A stretch of DNA of 32,000 nucleotides from Longivirga aurantiaca (GCF_042660085.1 NZ_JBHSTI010000002.1:628414-660413); one strand, 5' to 3'. Counted from the first letter of the stretch, positions 16,909-25,419 are shown. A program made the numbers and translations. Notes: a model not told the origin generated them from the sequence alone.

Positions 16909-19900
16909 ATGTCCCACGACGAGCCTGCTCCCGATTCCCTCGAGGAGCTCCGCCGCCTCGGCGAGCACGTCCGCGACCTGTCGTCCGAGCTCCGGGGCGA
17001 GGCCCACGACGTCACCGAGATCGTGGCGACCACATCGGGCACCACGGGCTCGCTCGAGCCCGGCACCGAGGTAGCGCGCGAGGCCGCCGACGAGGCCGCC
17101 GACGCCGAGGCCTACCTCGCACCCGTCGTGCCCTCGGCACCGCTCGACGCCGTCCCGCTCGAGGACGAGGACGACGACCTCCCCGGCATCTTCCACGTCG
17201 ACGACCACGTCGACGACCGGCCGCCGCGACGGCACGACGTCACCGCCGTGCTCGTCGCGCACGACGGCGCCCGCTGGCTGCCCGCGGTCCTCACCGCCCT
17301 CGGCCGCACCACGCGGCTGCCCGACCGGCTCGTCGCCGTCGACACCGGCAGCACCGACGAGACCCCCGACCTGCTCTCCCGCGCCGTCGAGGCGGGGCTG
17401 GTGTCGTCCGTGGTCACCGCCGCGCGCGACTCCGGCTTCGGCGCGGCGGTCGCACGCGGCATCGAGGCGGCGGCCACCGCACCGCGCCGCGCGGTGCCCC
17501 TGCCGGACGGTGCCGACCCCGACGAGCCCGCCGTCCGCTGGGTCTGGCTGCTGCACGACGACAGCGCGCCGGCGCCGCACGCCCTCGAGGCGCTGCTGCG
17601 CACGGCCGACCGGCAGCGCAGCGTCGACATCCTCGGCCCGAAGGTGCGCGGCTGGGGCAACCGCTCCGCCCTGCTCGAGGCGGGTGTCACCGTCGCCCGG
17701 TCGGGCAACCGCTGGACGGGCCTCGAGCGCCGCGAGCTCGACCAGGGCCAGCACGACGGCGACCGCGACGTCCTCGCCGTCGGCAGCGCGGGCATGCTCG
17801 TGCGCCGCGAGGTGTGGGACGCGCTCGGCGGCTTCGACCCGGCGCTGCCGTTCTTCCGCGACGACGTCGACCTCTGCTGGCGGGCCCGGCGCGCGGGTCA
17901 TCGCGTGCTCGTCGCCACCGACGCCGTCGTGCACCACCGCGAGGCCGCGGCGCACCGCCGTCGCGACGTCCACGCCGGCAGCCCGCCGCACCCCGAGCGC
18001 CCGCACCGCATCGACCGCGCGTCGGCCGTGCACCTCATGCGCGCCCACGCCTCGGGCCTGCGCGGGCCGCTCGTCACCCTGCGCCAGCTCGTCGGCTCGC
18101 TCGTACACGCCCTCTTCCTGCTCCTCGGCAAGGACGCCGATGCCGCCCGCGACGAGTGGGGAGCGTTCCGCGACTCGGTCGCCGACCGGTCGGGGCTCAA
18201 GGCCTCCCGGGCCCGTGTCGCCGAGGCCGGCGCGGCGCCGGGCGCCGTCCCCGACAAGGACGTCCGCCATCTCCTCGCCGCGCGCGGTGCCCAGGCGCGG
18301 CACGCGTTCGACCGGGTGGCCGACCTCGTGGCCGGTCGCGAGCAGGCCGACGCGTCGCGGTCCGTCCTCGACTCCACCACCGACGACCCCGACGGCTGGT
18401 ACGACGACGACACGCGCCCCAGCAGGCTGCGCCGCCTGCTCAGCCGCCCCGGCACCCTCGTCGTCCTCGGTCTGCTCGTCACGACCCTGATCGGCGTGCG
18501 CGGCCTGCTCGGCGAGGGCGTCCTGCTCGGCGGGGCGCTCGTGCCCGCACCCGAGGGCGCCGGCGACCTGTGGGCGGCGTACACGACCGCGTGGCACCAG
18601 GTGGGCGTCGGCTCGGCGTCCGACTCTCCGGCGTGGCTGCTGCCCCTGGTGGGCCTCGCCGGGGTCCTGCGCGGGTCGGCGAGCGCCGCGGTCGACGTCG
18701 TGCTGCTCTTGTCGATCCCGCTGGCCGGCCTCACCGCGTGGCTGGCCCTGCGCGGGCTGACGATCTCCGCTCCGGCACGCATCTGGGCGGTCACGGCGTA
18801 CGCCACGCTCCCGGCGTTCACCGGTGCGCTGTCCGGCGGTCGGCTCGGCACCGCGGCCGCGCTCGTCCTGCTGCCGTGGCTGATCCGGTCGAGCGCGCGG
18901 CTGGTCGGAGTGGGGCGCCCGGTCACGTGGCGGCGAGCCTTCGGCACCGGACTGCTGCTGTCGGTCACGGCGTCGTTCACCCCGGTGGTGTGGCTGATGG
19001 CCGTGCCGCTGGCGGTCGCAGCGGCGTTCAGCGTCGCCCGCAGCGCGCCGGCGCGCATCCGCCTCGCCGTGACCGTGCTGCTGCCGGTGGTGCTGCTCGT
19101 CCCGTGGAGCCTGCGGGTCGTGCGCGAGCCCGCGCTGCTGCTGCTCGAGCCGGGCCTCGTCGGCCCGGTCGACCCCACGCTGTCGTCGCTCGACGTCCTC
19201 CTGCTCCGGCCGGGCGGCCCCGGCATGACGCCGCTCTGGCTGGGCCTCGGCATCCTCGTCGCGGGCATCGGCTGCCTCGGTGTGCGCGGCCGCCGCCGCC
19301 AGGTGCTCGCCGCGTGGGCGGTCGGCCTGGTGGGCCTGGCCACCGGTGTCGTCATGACGGTCGTGCGGGTGAGCGTGCCGTCGATCGACGGCTCGATCGC
19401 GCCCTGGCCGGGGATCCCGACCGCGCTGTGGGGCGGGGCTCTCGTCGTGGCGGTCGCCCTCACGGTCGACCTCATCCCGCGCCACCTGTCGGGGCGCGAC
19501 TTCGGCTGGCGGCAGCCGACGGTCGTCGCGCTGATCGTCCTGCTGGTGCTCGCCCCCATCGGCGCCCTCGCGCTGCTCGTCGTGGGGGCCGACGGCCCCC
19601 TGCGCCGTGGCGACCGCGACGTGCTGCCCGCGTTCGTGGCGGCCGAGATGCGCGGCGACGACCGCCCGCGCGCCCTCGTCCTGCGCCGCGCGGGGGAGTC
19701 GGCGATCGTCTACGACCTGATGTCGGTGCCCGAGCCGCAGCTCGGCGATCGCGACGTCGCGCCGTCGCTGGAGACCTCGGCCGTCCTCGACCGCCTCGTC
19801 GCCCGGCTCGCGGCCGGCATCGGCGCGAGCGAGGTGGACGACCTGGCGACCCACGGCGTGCGGTACGTCGTCCTCGCCGACGCGCGCGGCACCGAGGACC

Positions 19901-20430
19901 CGCTCGTGTCCTCGCTCGACAGCCAGCGCGGCCTGCGCCGCGTCGCCGCCAGCGCCGGGGACACCCTCTGGGAGCTCGTGCCCACCTCCGCCCGCGCGCT
20001 CACCCTCGCGACGCGGACGGTGAACGGCGTGCCGGTCCGCTCCGCCGAGTCGGTCCCGACCAACGGAGGCGACCCCCGAACGACCACCGAGGTCGACTCC
20101 CGCGTCGACGCCGGCCCGCCGGCGCGCACGCTGGTGCTGGCCGAGGCCGTCGACAGCAGGTGGCGGTTCGACGTCGCCGGCCAGGCGGTCACGCCCGCAC
20201 CGCTCACCGACGGCGACTCCCTCGACCCATCCGCCCAGCAGGTGCCGCTCGGCGGGGGGACGGCGCCGGTGCGCGTGTCCTTCGACGGCTCGAGCCGGTC
20301 TGCGTGGCTCTGGGTGCAGGCCGTGGCGGTGGCCCTCACCGTGGTGCTCGCGCTGCCGGCGCGCCGCCGCGACCTGGACGACGACAGCGAGGACCTCGGT
20401 GCCGAGGACCCGGCGGAGGTGACGGCATGA
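16909..20430 (+). CDS. Large family-2 glycosyltransferase fused to a polytopic membrane domain and an extracytoplasmic C-terminal region
   Basis: aa 1-105 are acidic and low-complexity. aa ~110-345 form a GT2 (GT-A) domain: VTAVLVAHDGARWLP, VAVDTGSTDET, WVWLLHDDSAP, AVGSAGMLVRREVWDALGGFD, FFRDDVDLCWRARRAGHRV. aa ~513-893 contain roughly ten hydrophobic segments. aa ~894-1130 are soluble, followed by a final TM (AWLWVQAVAVALTVVLALPA). Confidence 0.88.
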   Translation: MSHDEPAPDSLEELRRLGEHVRDLSSELRGEAHDVTEIVATTSGTTGSLEPGTEVAREAADEAADAEAYLAPVVPSAPLDAVPLEDEDDDLPGIFHVDDHVDDRPPRRHDVTAVLVAHDGARWLPAVLTALGRTTRLPDRLVAVDTGSTDETPDLLSRAVEAGLVSSVVTAARDSGFGAAVARGIEAAATAPRRAVPLPDGADPDEPAVRWVWLLHDDSAPAPHALEALLRTADRQRSVDILGPKVRGWGNRSALLEAGVTVARSGNRWTGLERRELDQGQHDGDRDVLAVGSAGMLVRREVWDALGGFDPALPFFRDDVDLCWRARRAGHRVLVATDAVVHHREAAAHRRRDVHAGSPPHPERPHRIDRASAVHLMRAHASGLRGPLVTLRQLVGSLVHALFLLLGKDADAARDEWGAFRDSVADRSGLKASRARVAEAGAAPGAVPDKDVRHLLAARGAQARHAFDRVADLVAGREQADASRSVLDSTTDDPDGWYDDDTRPSRLRRLLSRPGTLVVLGLLVTTLIGVRGLLGEGVLLGGALVPAPEGAGDLWAAYTTAWHQVGVGSASDSPAWLLPLVGLAGVLRGSASAAVDVVLLLSIPLAGLTAWLALRGLTISAPARIWAVTAYATLPAFTGALSGGRLGTAAALVLLPWLIRSSARLVGVGRPVTWRRAFGTGLLLSVTASFTPVVWLMAVPLAVAAAFSVARSAPARIRLAVTVLLPVVLLVPWSLRVVREPALLLLEPGLVGPVDPTLSSLDVLLLRPGGPGMTPLWLGLGILVAGIGCLGVRGRRRQVLAAWAVGLVGLATGVVMTVVRVSVPSIDGSIAPWPGIPTALWGGALVVAVALTVDLIPRHLSGRDFGWRQPTVVALIVLLVLAPIGALALLVVGADGPLRRGDRDVLPAFVAAEMRGDDRPRALVLRRAGESAIVYDLMSVPEPQLGDRDVAPSLETSAVLDRLVARLAAGIGASEVDDLATHGVRYVVLADARGTEDPLVSSLDSQRGLRRVAASAGDTLWELVPTSARALTLATRTVNGVPVRSAESVPTNGGDPRTTTEVDSRVDAGPPARTLVLAEAVDSRWRFDVAGQAVTPAPLTDGDSLDPSAQQVPLGGGTAPVRVSFDGSSRSAWLWVQAVAVALTVVLALPARRRDLDDDSEDLGAEDPAEVTA

Positions 20431-21896
20431 GCGCCCTCGACACGGTCCGCGCCTTCGTGCGACGCCCCTGGGGCTCGGTGCTCGCGGGCACCGTCGCCGT
20501 GGCGGTCGTCGTCGGCGTCGGGCTGCTGGCGGCGCCCGACCAGGTCCCGGTCGTCGCCGAGCCCGTGGTCGAGCCGGTCGCGTCGACCGAGCTCCTCTGC
20601 CCGATCACCGTCGCGACCAGCGCGCTCGTCACCACCGTGAGCGCCGGGGTCGCGCCCGTGCCGGGCGTGCAGGACGGCAGCGCGAAGCTCGCCACGCTCT
20701 CGTCCACCCCCGACCAGGCGCCGCAGGTGATCGAGGCGCCGGGTGTCGTGGTCCGCGACGTCATCGAGGACAAGGTCTCCGCGCCGCGCACCGCGCGCGC
20801 CACCGGGTCGTGGGCGGCCGGCTTCGGCGCCGACCAGGTCGCCCGCTCCGGCGTCGGCGCGAGCCGGGGCCTCGCGGCCTCGCCGTGCGCCCGACCCATC
20901 ACCGACGGCTGGATCCTCGGCGGCGCCTCGACCGTCGGTCGCAGCACGCAGCTGCTGCTGGTCAACGACGACGACCGCGCGGCCCAGGTCGACCTCCTCG
21001 TGTTCGGACCGGACGGCGAGGTCGTGTCGCCGGCCGGCTCGGGCGTCGTGGTGCCGCCGCTCGCGCGCAGCGTGGTGCGGCTCTCCGCCCTCGCCCCTGA
21101 CCAGGCGTACACCGCCGTGCACGTCGTCGCGCGCACCGGCCGCATCGCGGTGTCTGCGCTGCAGACCGCCGCCGACGGACTCATCCCGCTGGGCATGTCG
21201 GTGCTGCCCGTCACCCAGGCCTCGCGCCGCGTCGTCATCCCCGACATCCCGAAGGTCGCCACCGCGCGCCTCCTCCTGCTGTCGCCGTCCGGCCCTGCCG
21301 ACATCGGCGTCAAGCTCCTGACCGCGGACGGCGCCATCACGCCGGTCGGGCTCGACTCGGTGTCGCTCGACGAGAACCGGCTCGAGGCGATCAGCCTCAC
21401 CGAGGCGCTGGCGGGCGAGGCGGCCGGAGTCGTCGTCACGTCCGACGTGCCCGTGGTCGCCGCGGTCGTGGTGACCACCGGCGGCGACGGCGACCTGCGC
21501 GAGGGCGACGTCACGGCCGGAACGCCGGCGCTCACCGCGCCCGGTGTCGTGGTCGGCCTCGACGTCGGCACCGTCAAGCACGTCGTGGGCATCGCCGCGC
21601 CCGGAGGCGCGACCGCCGTACGGCTCGACCTCTACGTCGGGGCCGGCACCACCCCGGTGCTCACGCGCACCGTCGAGGTGGGGGCCGGGCAGTCGCGGCG
21701 GGTCCGCGTCACCGTGACCGAGGACGGCTCGCTGCTCGTGATCACACCGCTGGGGGACGGCCCGGCGTACGTCACGCGCGAGGTCGCCGAGCAGGGCCCG
21801 CGCGGCCCGCTGCTCGCGCTCGCGCCCGTGCTGCCCACCCGGGCCACGACGACCGTGCCACCGGTGGTCTCGCGGCCGGGCTCAGCCCTGTCGTAA
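20427..21896 (+). CDS. DUF5719-like membrane-anchored extracytoplasmic protein
   Basis: ATG 20427 forms an ATGA overlap with the glycosyltransferase stop. There is a single N-terminal anchor (WGSVLAGTVAVAVVVGVGLLAAP), then a Val/Ala/Thr/Gly-rich, probably beta-rich body (LLLVNDDDRAAQVDLLVFGPDGEV, AAGVVVTSDVPVVAAVVVT). The family assignment is from memory of the usual annotation of this gene pair. Confidence 0.75.
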   Translation: MSALDTVRAFVRRPWGSVLAGTVAVAVVVGVGLLAAPDQVPVVAEPVVEPVASTELLCPITVATSALVTTVSAGVAPVPGVQDGSAKLATLSSTPDQAPQVIEAPGVVVRDVIEDKVSAPRTARATGSWAAGFGADQVARSGVGASRGLAASPCARPITDGWILGGASTVGRSTQLLLVNDDDRAAQVDLLVFGPDGEVVSPAGSGVVVPPLARSVVRLSALAPDQAYTAVHVVARTGRIAVSALQTAADGLIPLGMSVLPVTQASRRVVIPDIPKVATARLLLLSPSGPADIGVKLLTADGAITPVGLDSVSLDENRLEAISLTEALAGEAAGVVVTSDVPVVAAVVVTTGGDGDLREGDVTAGTPALTAPGVVVGLDVGTVKHVVGIAAPGGATAVRLDLYVGAGTTPVLTRTVEVGAGQSRRVRVTVTEDGSLLVITPLGDGPAYVTREVAEQGPRGPLLALAPVLPTRATTTVPPVVSRPGSALS

Positions 21897-21901
21897 CGGC
21901 C

Positions 21902-21907
21902 TAGGCT
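21902..21907 (+). promoter_or_regulatory. Candidate -10 (TAGGCT) 6 nt upstream of GTG 21914; suggests a leaderless transcript
   Basis: TAGGCT (TAnnnT), then GGCGCC, then GTG. It lies only 6 nt after the upstream stop codon. Confidence 0.35.
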
Positions 21908-21913
21908 GGCGCC

Positions 21914-22348
21914 GTGGCAGTGAAGCGGGACCGGCACGGCCGCGGGGTGCGTGGCCCCCTCGCGCCGTCGTCGTCCCCGGCGTACGTCCCGCGGATGGAG
22001 CGGTTCGGCAACCTCGTCGCCCAGGCGGTCGACCGGCTCGAGCCGCGCTGGCGCGCCCATGTCAGTGCGGTCGACATCGAGGTGCAGGACTCCCCTCCCG
22101 TCACGGCGGCGGACGTCGCCGACGGCGCCGAGGTGCCGCTCGCGGGGTACCGCCTGGCGCCCGACCGGCGCTCGGCCTCCGGGGCGCCGGTGACCGTGGT
22201 CGTGTTCCGCCGGCCGGTCGAGCTGCGCGCCCCTGAGCGCGCCGCCCGGGTCGACCTCGTGCGCGACCTCGTGGCCGAGCAGCTCGCCGACGCCCTCGGG
22301 CTCGCGCCCGGCGACCTCGACCCGGCGTACGACGACCCGGCCGACTGA
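21914..22348 (+). CDS. Rv3259-like 'metallopeptidase family' (zincin-like fold) protein lacking HExxH
   Basis: KRDRHGRGVRGPLAPSSSPAYVPRMERFGNLVAQAVDRLEPRWRAHVSAVDIEVQD ... VVVFRRPVELRA ... has an acidic C-terminus. Its position between the whiB2-side genes and DUF3499 matches the conserved actinobacterial order. Confidence 0.7.
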   Translation: MAVKRDRHGRGVRGPLAPSSSPAYVPRMERFGNLVAQAVDRLEPRWRAHVSAVDIEVQDSPPVTAADVADGAEVPLAGYRLAPDRRSASGAPVTVVVFRRPVELRAPERAARVDLVRDLVAEQLADALGLAPGDLDPAYDDPAD

Positions 22349-22369
22349 GGTCGTGGCGCCCCCGCCGGA

Positions 22370-24574
22370 CTAGCGCAGGGGGAGCAGCTCGCGCTCGAGG
22401 TACGGCGTCAGCAGGACGCTGAACGTGCCCGTCAGGTGGTTCGCGTCGCGGTAGACCCGCACGCCGCCCACCGCCACCGGGCAGGTGCCGTCGGCGCAGA
22501 AGTACCGCGTGAGGTCGAGCACCCGCAGGCCCAGCGCCGCCGCCGCGTCGCGCCGCCCGTCGTCGTTCCTCATCGCCGCGGCCTTCGTGGGCGAGCAGCG
22601 GTTCACGTCGTCCGGGTGCGCCTGCGCGCAGGCCCAGGCGCCGGAACCGATCGACGGGGTGTCGCGCAGGACCACGACCTCGATGCCCGACCGTACGAGC
22701 GGGGCCCAGGCCGCCTCGAAGCCCGCCGCGGAGACCTGGTCGGGGTCGGCCGCCGACCCCGTGTCGTAGGCGAGGCCGGCGAAGCTGGAGACCACGACCG
22801 TCCGGAAGCGTCCCGCGAGGAGGGCTTCCTGCACGCCGTGGCTCCACGACATGCAGCCCGCCACGTGTGCCGCCGGCGCCTCGCGCGGCGTCTCGGTGAG
22901 CGGGCAGCCCGAGCGCGCGAACAGGTGCAGCTCGAGATCGTTGCGCCGGGCCGTCGCCTCGAACGCAGGAAGCCACTGGAAGGCGTGGCTGTCGCCGACC
23001 AGTGCCACCGCGGTGCCGCCGCGCACGCCGTAGACGCAGTCGTGCACCGCGTAGTCGGAGCCGTAGGAGAGGCACGTGCCGCTTCCCGCCGTCTTGCTGA
23101 TGGGGGTGAGGTTCGCCGCGGTCTCCTCCTCGACGCCCACTGCCGGCACGACGTCGTCCCACGTGAACCGGGCGCACTCCGGTTCGACCAGGGCGCTCGG
23201 ACCGCGGCACGACTCGGCGTCCCACGTCGCGGCCGGCTTCGAGGTGGAACGTGGGCCGATCCGGCTGACGAGGTCGTCCTGAGCGGCCTGGTCCGCGAGC
23301 TGCCGCTCGTCGAGGCTCCGGCCGGCGCCCAGGCTCGCGGCCTGCACCCCGGCCGCGAGGACGAGCATCGAGGCGAGACCCAGCACGAGCACGCGCCGCG
23401 GTGGGAGGCGCATCGCCCACGGGTGGAACCGCACCGGGTTCTCGACGAGCCGGACGGTGAGCCAGGCGAGACCGGTGACGGCCAGCCCGACCGGGATCAG
23501 CTGCCACCATCGCAGGGCGGTGCGGCTGGGCTCGTCGGTCACGCCCCAGGCCGTCAGGGCGAAGGGGAGCAGGACCAGCACGGGCCAGTGCCACAGGTAG
23601 ATGCTGTACGAGGTCTCCCCGACCAGCTGGACCGGCCGTGCCGCCAGCGGTCGCGCGAGCGACCAGCGAGCCTGCGGGTCGCGTGCCCAGATGAGCAGCG
23701 CGGTCGCGGCCACCGGGACGACGGCGTTGAGGCCGGGGAAGCCGAGCTCCACGCGGAACAGCGCCATGTAGGCGAGCAGCACCGCCCATCCGACGTACGA
23801 CGCGGCCAGGCGCAGCGGGGAGTCGTAGCGGAAGGGGCCCGTGTCGCGCACGCCGGCGTCCCGGCGCATCGCGAGGCCGACCAGAGCGCCGGCCCCGAAC
23901 TCCCAGACGCGTGCCGTGGTGACGAAGTACGCCGACGGATCGCCCTGCGCGACCAGGACGGCCCCGACGACGAAGCTGGGGACGCTCACGAGCAGGACGG
24001 CGCCGAGCAGCGCGGCGCGCGGCCGGACGAGGCGCCCCACCCAGGTCGCGGCACCCAGGAGCAGCAGCGGCCAGAAGGCGTACAGCTGCTCCTCGACGCC
24101 GAGCGACCAGAAGTGCAGCACGGGCGACTCGACGCCGCTCGCCTGGCTGAAGTAGTCGACGGACTGGGACGCGAACAGCCAGTTGGCGCTGTAGAAGACG
24201 GCCGCGGTGATGTCGGAGTAGAAGCGCTCGCGGATCGACACCGGCACGAGCACCGCGACGGCGACAGCCGTGACGCCGAGGACGGTGAGGCTCGCCGGGA
24301 GCAGCCGGCGCGCGCGCCGTGCCCAGAACCGCCCGAGGCCGATCGATCCTGTGCGGTCGAGCTCGCCGAACAGGTGGCTCGAGATGAGGTAGCCCGAGAG
24401 CACGAAGAACACGTCGACGCCGACGAGCCCGCCCGAGAGCAGCGCCGGGTTGGCGTGGTAGACGAAGACCCCGAGCACGGCCAGGGCCCGCACGGCCTGG
24501 AGGTCGGGGCGCAGGTCCGAGCGCGTGGACGCGCGGACGGGAGCGCGCCGTGATGGTGGCGCGAGTGCGGCCAT
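22370..24574 (-). CDS. Acyltransferase-3 (OafA/YrhL-type) membrane protein with C-terminal SGNH/GDSL domain
   Basis: N-terminus: LQAVRALAVLGVFVYHANPALLSGGLVGVDVFFVLSGYLIS. About ten TM segments follow, then a TM linker and an extracytoplasmic domain with VALVGDSHAFQW (GDS block). ATG 24574. The 207 upstream codons in the ORF track are Arg/Pro/Gly shadow frame antisense to DUF3499. Confidence 0.88.
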   Translation of the reverse strand: MAALAPPSRRAPVRASTRSDLRPDLQAVRALAVLGVFVYHANPALLSGGLVGVDVFFVLSGYLISSHLFGELDRTGSIGLGRFWARRARRLLPASLTVLGVTAVAVAVLVPVSIRERFYSDITAAVFYSANWLFASQSVDYFSQASGVESPVLHFWSLGVEEQLYAFWPLLLLGAATWVGRLVRPRAALLGAVLLVSVPSFVVGAVLVAQGDPSAYFVTTARVWEFGAGALVGLAMRRDAGVRDTGPFRYDSPLRLAASYVGWAVLLAYMALFRVELGFPGLNAVVPVAATALLIWARDPQARWSLARPLAARPVQLVGETSYSIYLWHWPVLVLLPFALTAWGVTDEPSRTALRWWQLIPVGLAVTGLAWLTVRLVENPVRFHPWAMRLPPRRVLVLGLASMLVLAAGVQAASLGAGRSLDERQLADQAAQDDLVSRIGPRSTSKPAATWDAESCRGPSALVEPECARFTWDDVVPAVGVEEETAANLTPISKTAGSGTCLSYGSDYAVHDCVYGVRGGTAVALVGDSHAFQWLPAFEATARRNDLELHLFARSGCPLTETPREAPAAHVAGCMSWSHGVQEALLAGRFRTVVVSSFAGLAYDTGSAADPDQVSAAGFEAAWAPLVRSGIEVVVLRDTPSIGSGAWACAQAHPDDVNRCSPTKAAAMRNDDGRRDAAAALGLRVLDLTRYFCADGTCPVAVGGVRVYRDANHLTGTFSVLLTPYLERELLPLR

Positions 24575-24816
24575 GACGCGGTGTACCCCCCCAGCCCGGA
24601 CGGTAACCCGTCCGCTCCGGTTCCTCCGGCGAGGCCCGACCTGGTGGACCGGGCGCGGCGTGGCGCCCGAGTCGGAGGCCCCAGCACGGTCCTGCTCCGG
24701 CGTCTGCTCGACCGTAGCAGCGCGGCGCCCGCGGTAGCCCGTCGGCGCGGCCGCCCCCGGCGCACCGTGGCGGACTTCACCGCGTGGCGATGCGGGGCGG
24801 TGTCGGCGCACGGCCG

Positions 24817-24822
24817 TAGATT
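24817..24822 (+). promoter_or_regulatory. Candidate -10 (TAGATT) 6 nt upstream of GTG 24829; suggests a leaderless transcript
   Basis: TAGATT (TAnnnT), then CGCGAC, then GTG. No SD is present. Confidence 0.4.
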
Positions 24823-24828
24823 CGCGAC

Positions 24829-25179
24829 GTGAGTCCGGTCCGGCGCTGCTCCAAGCCCTCCTGCACCCGTGCGGCAGTGGCGACGCTGACGTACGTCTAC
24901 GCCGACCAGACCGCGGTGCTGGGCCCGCTCGCGACGTACGCCGAGCCGCACTGCTACGACCTCTGCTCGCACCACTCCGAGCGGATGACGGCGCCGCGCG
25001 GCTGGGAGGTCGTCCGGCTCGAGCCCGACCCCGAGGCGCTGCGCCCGTCGAGCGACGACCTCGAGGCCCTCGCCGACGCCGTCCGCGAGGCCGCCCGCCC
25101 GCGGGTGCCCGTGCCGGCCCCGGTCGAGGTCGGACGCCGCGGCCACCTGCGCGTGCTGCGCACCGACGTCGACGCCTGA
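24829..25179 (+). CDS. DUF3499-like Cys-rich protein (Rv3258c-type)
   Basis: VRRCSKPSCTRAAVATLTYVYADQTAVLGPLATYAEPHCYDLCSHHSERMTAPRGWEVVRLEP has four Cys in a CxxxxC ... CxxxC arrangement. Its position next to pmmA is conserved. Confidence 0.8.
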   Translation: MSPVRRCSKPSCTRAAVATLTYVYADQTAVLGPLATYAEPHCYDLCSHHSERMTAPRGWEVVRLEPDPEALRPSSDDLEALADAVREAARPRVPVPAPVEVGRRGHLRVLRTDVDA

Positions 25180-25419
25180 GCGTCACCGTCCGCACCCGGC
25201 CGTCCCTGGGTCACCCGCCGAGACGATAATCCCTCACGCTCTGTAGTGTTACGATCCCGACACGTAGTCACATCCGCACCATCTGACCCGTAACCCTCGC
25301 CACGTACCAGGCGCCTCTTCCCAACAGGCGCCCGCACCCGTACTGTCGGCTCACGGCGCGTGGGGCGCCGCTCGCACGTGATCGGGGACCGCACGACGAA
25401 GGGATGGGGGACGACCTCC

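Noticed and set aside
13530-19854. Very long minus-strand ORFs (13530..16373, 947 aa; 16294..19854, 1186 aa) antisense to fbiC and the GT2 gene
   Set aside because: - Their translations are Arg/Gly/Asp/His/Pro-rich and low-complexity, with no recognisable motifs.
- They lie opposite ORFs carrying unambiguous family signatures.
- They are typical stop-codon-poor shadow frames of >70% GC DNA.
24575-25195. Upstream extension of the acyltransferase ORF (22370..25195, 941 aa)
   Set aside because: - The extra 207 codons are Arg/Pro/Gly-rich.
- They run antisense through the DUF3499 gene.
- The acyltransferase-3 N-terminal motif begins just after ATG 24574.
25310-25332. Hairpin with C-rich loop reminiscent of the actinobacterial 6C RNA
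   Set aside because: - There is only one C-rich loop, and it has no run of six C.
- The second hairpin loop is G-rich.
- The genomic context differs from what I recall for 6C.
- The evidence is insufficient for that call.
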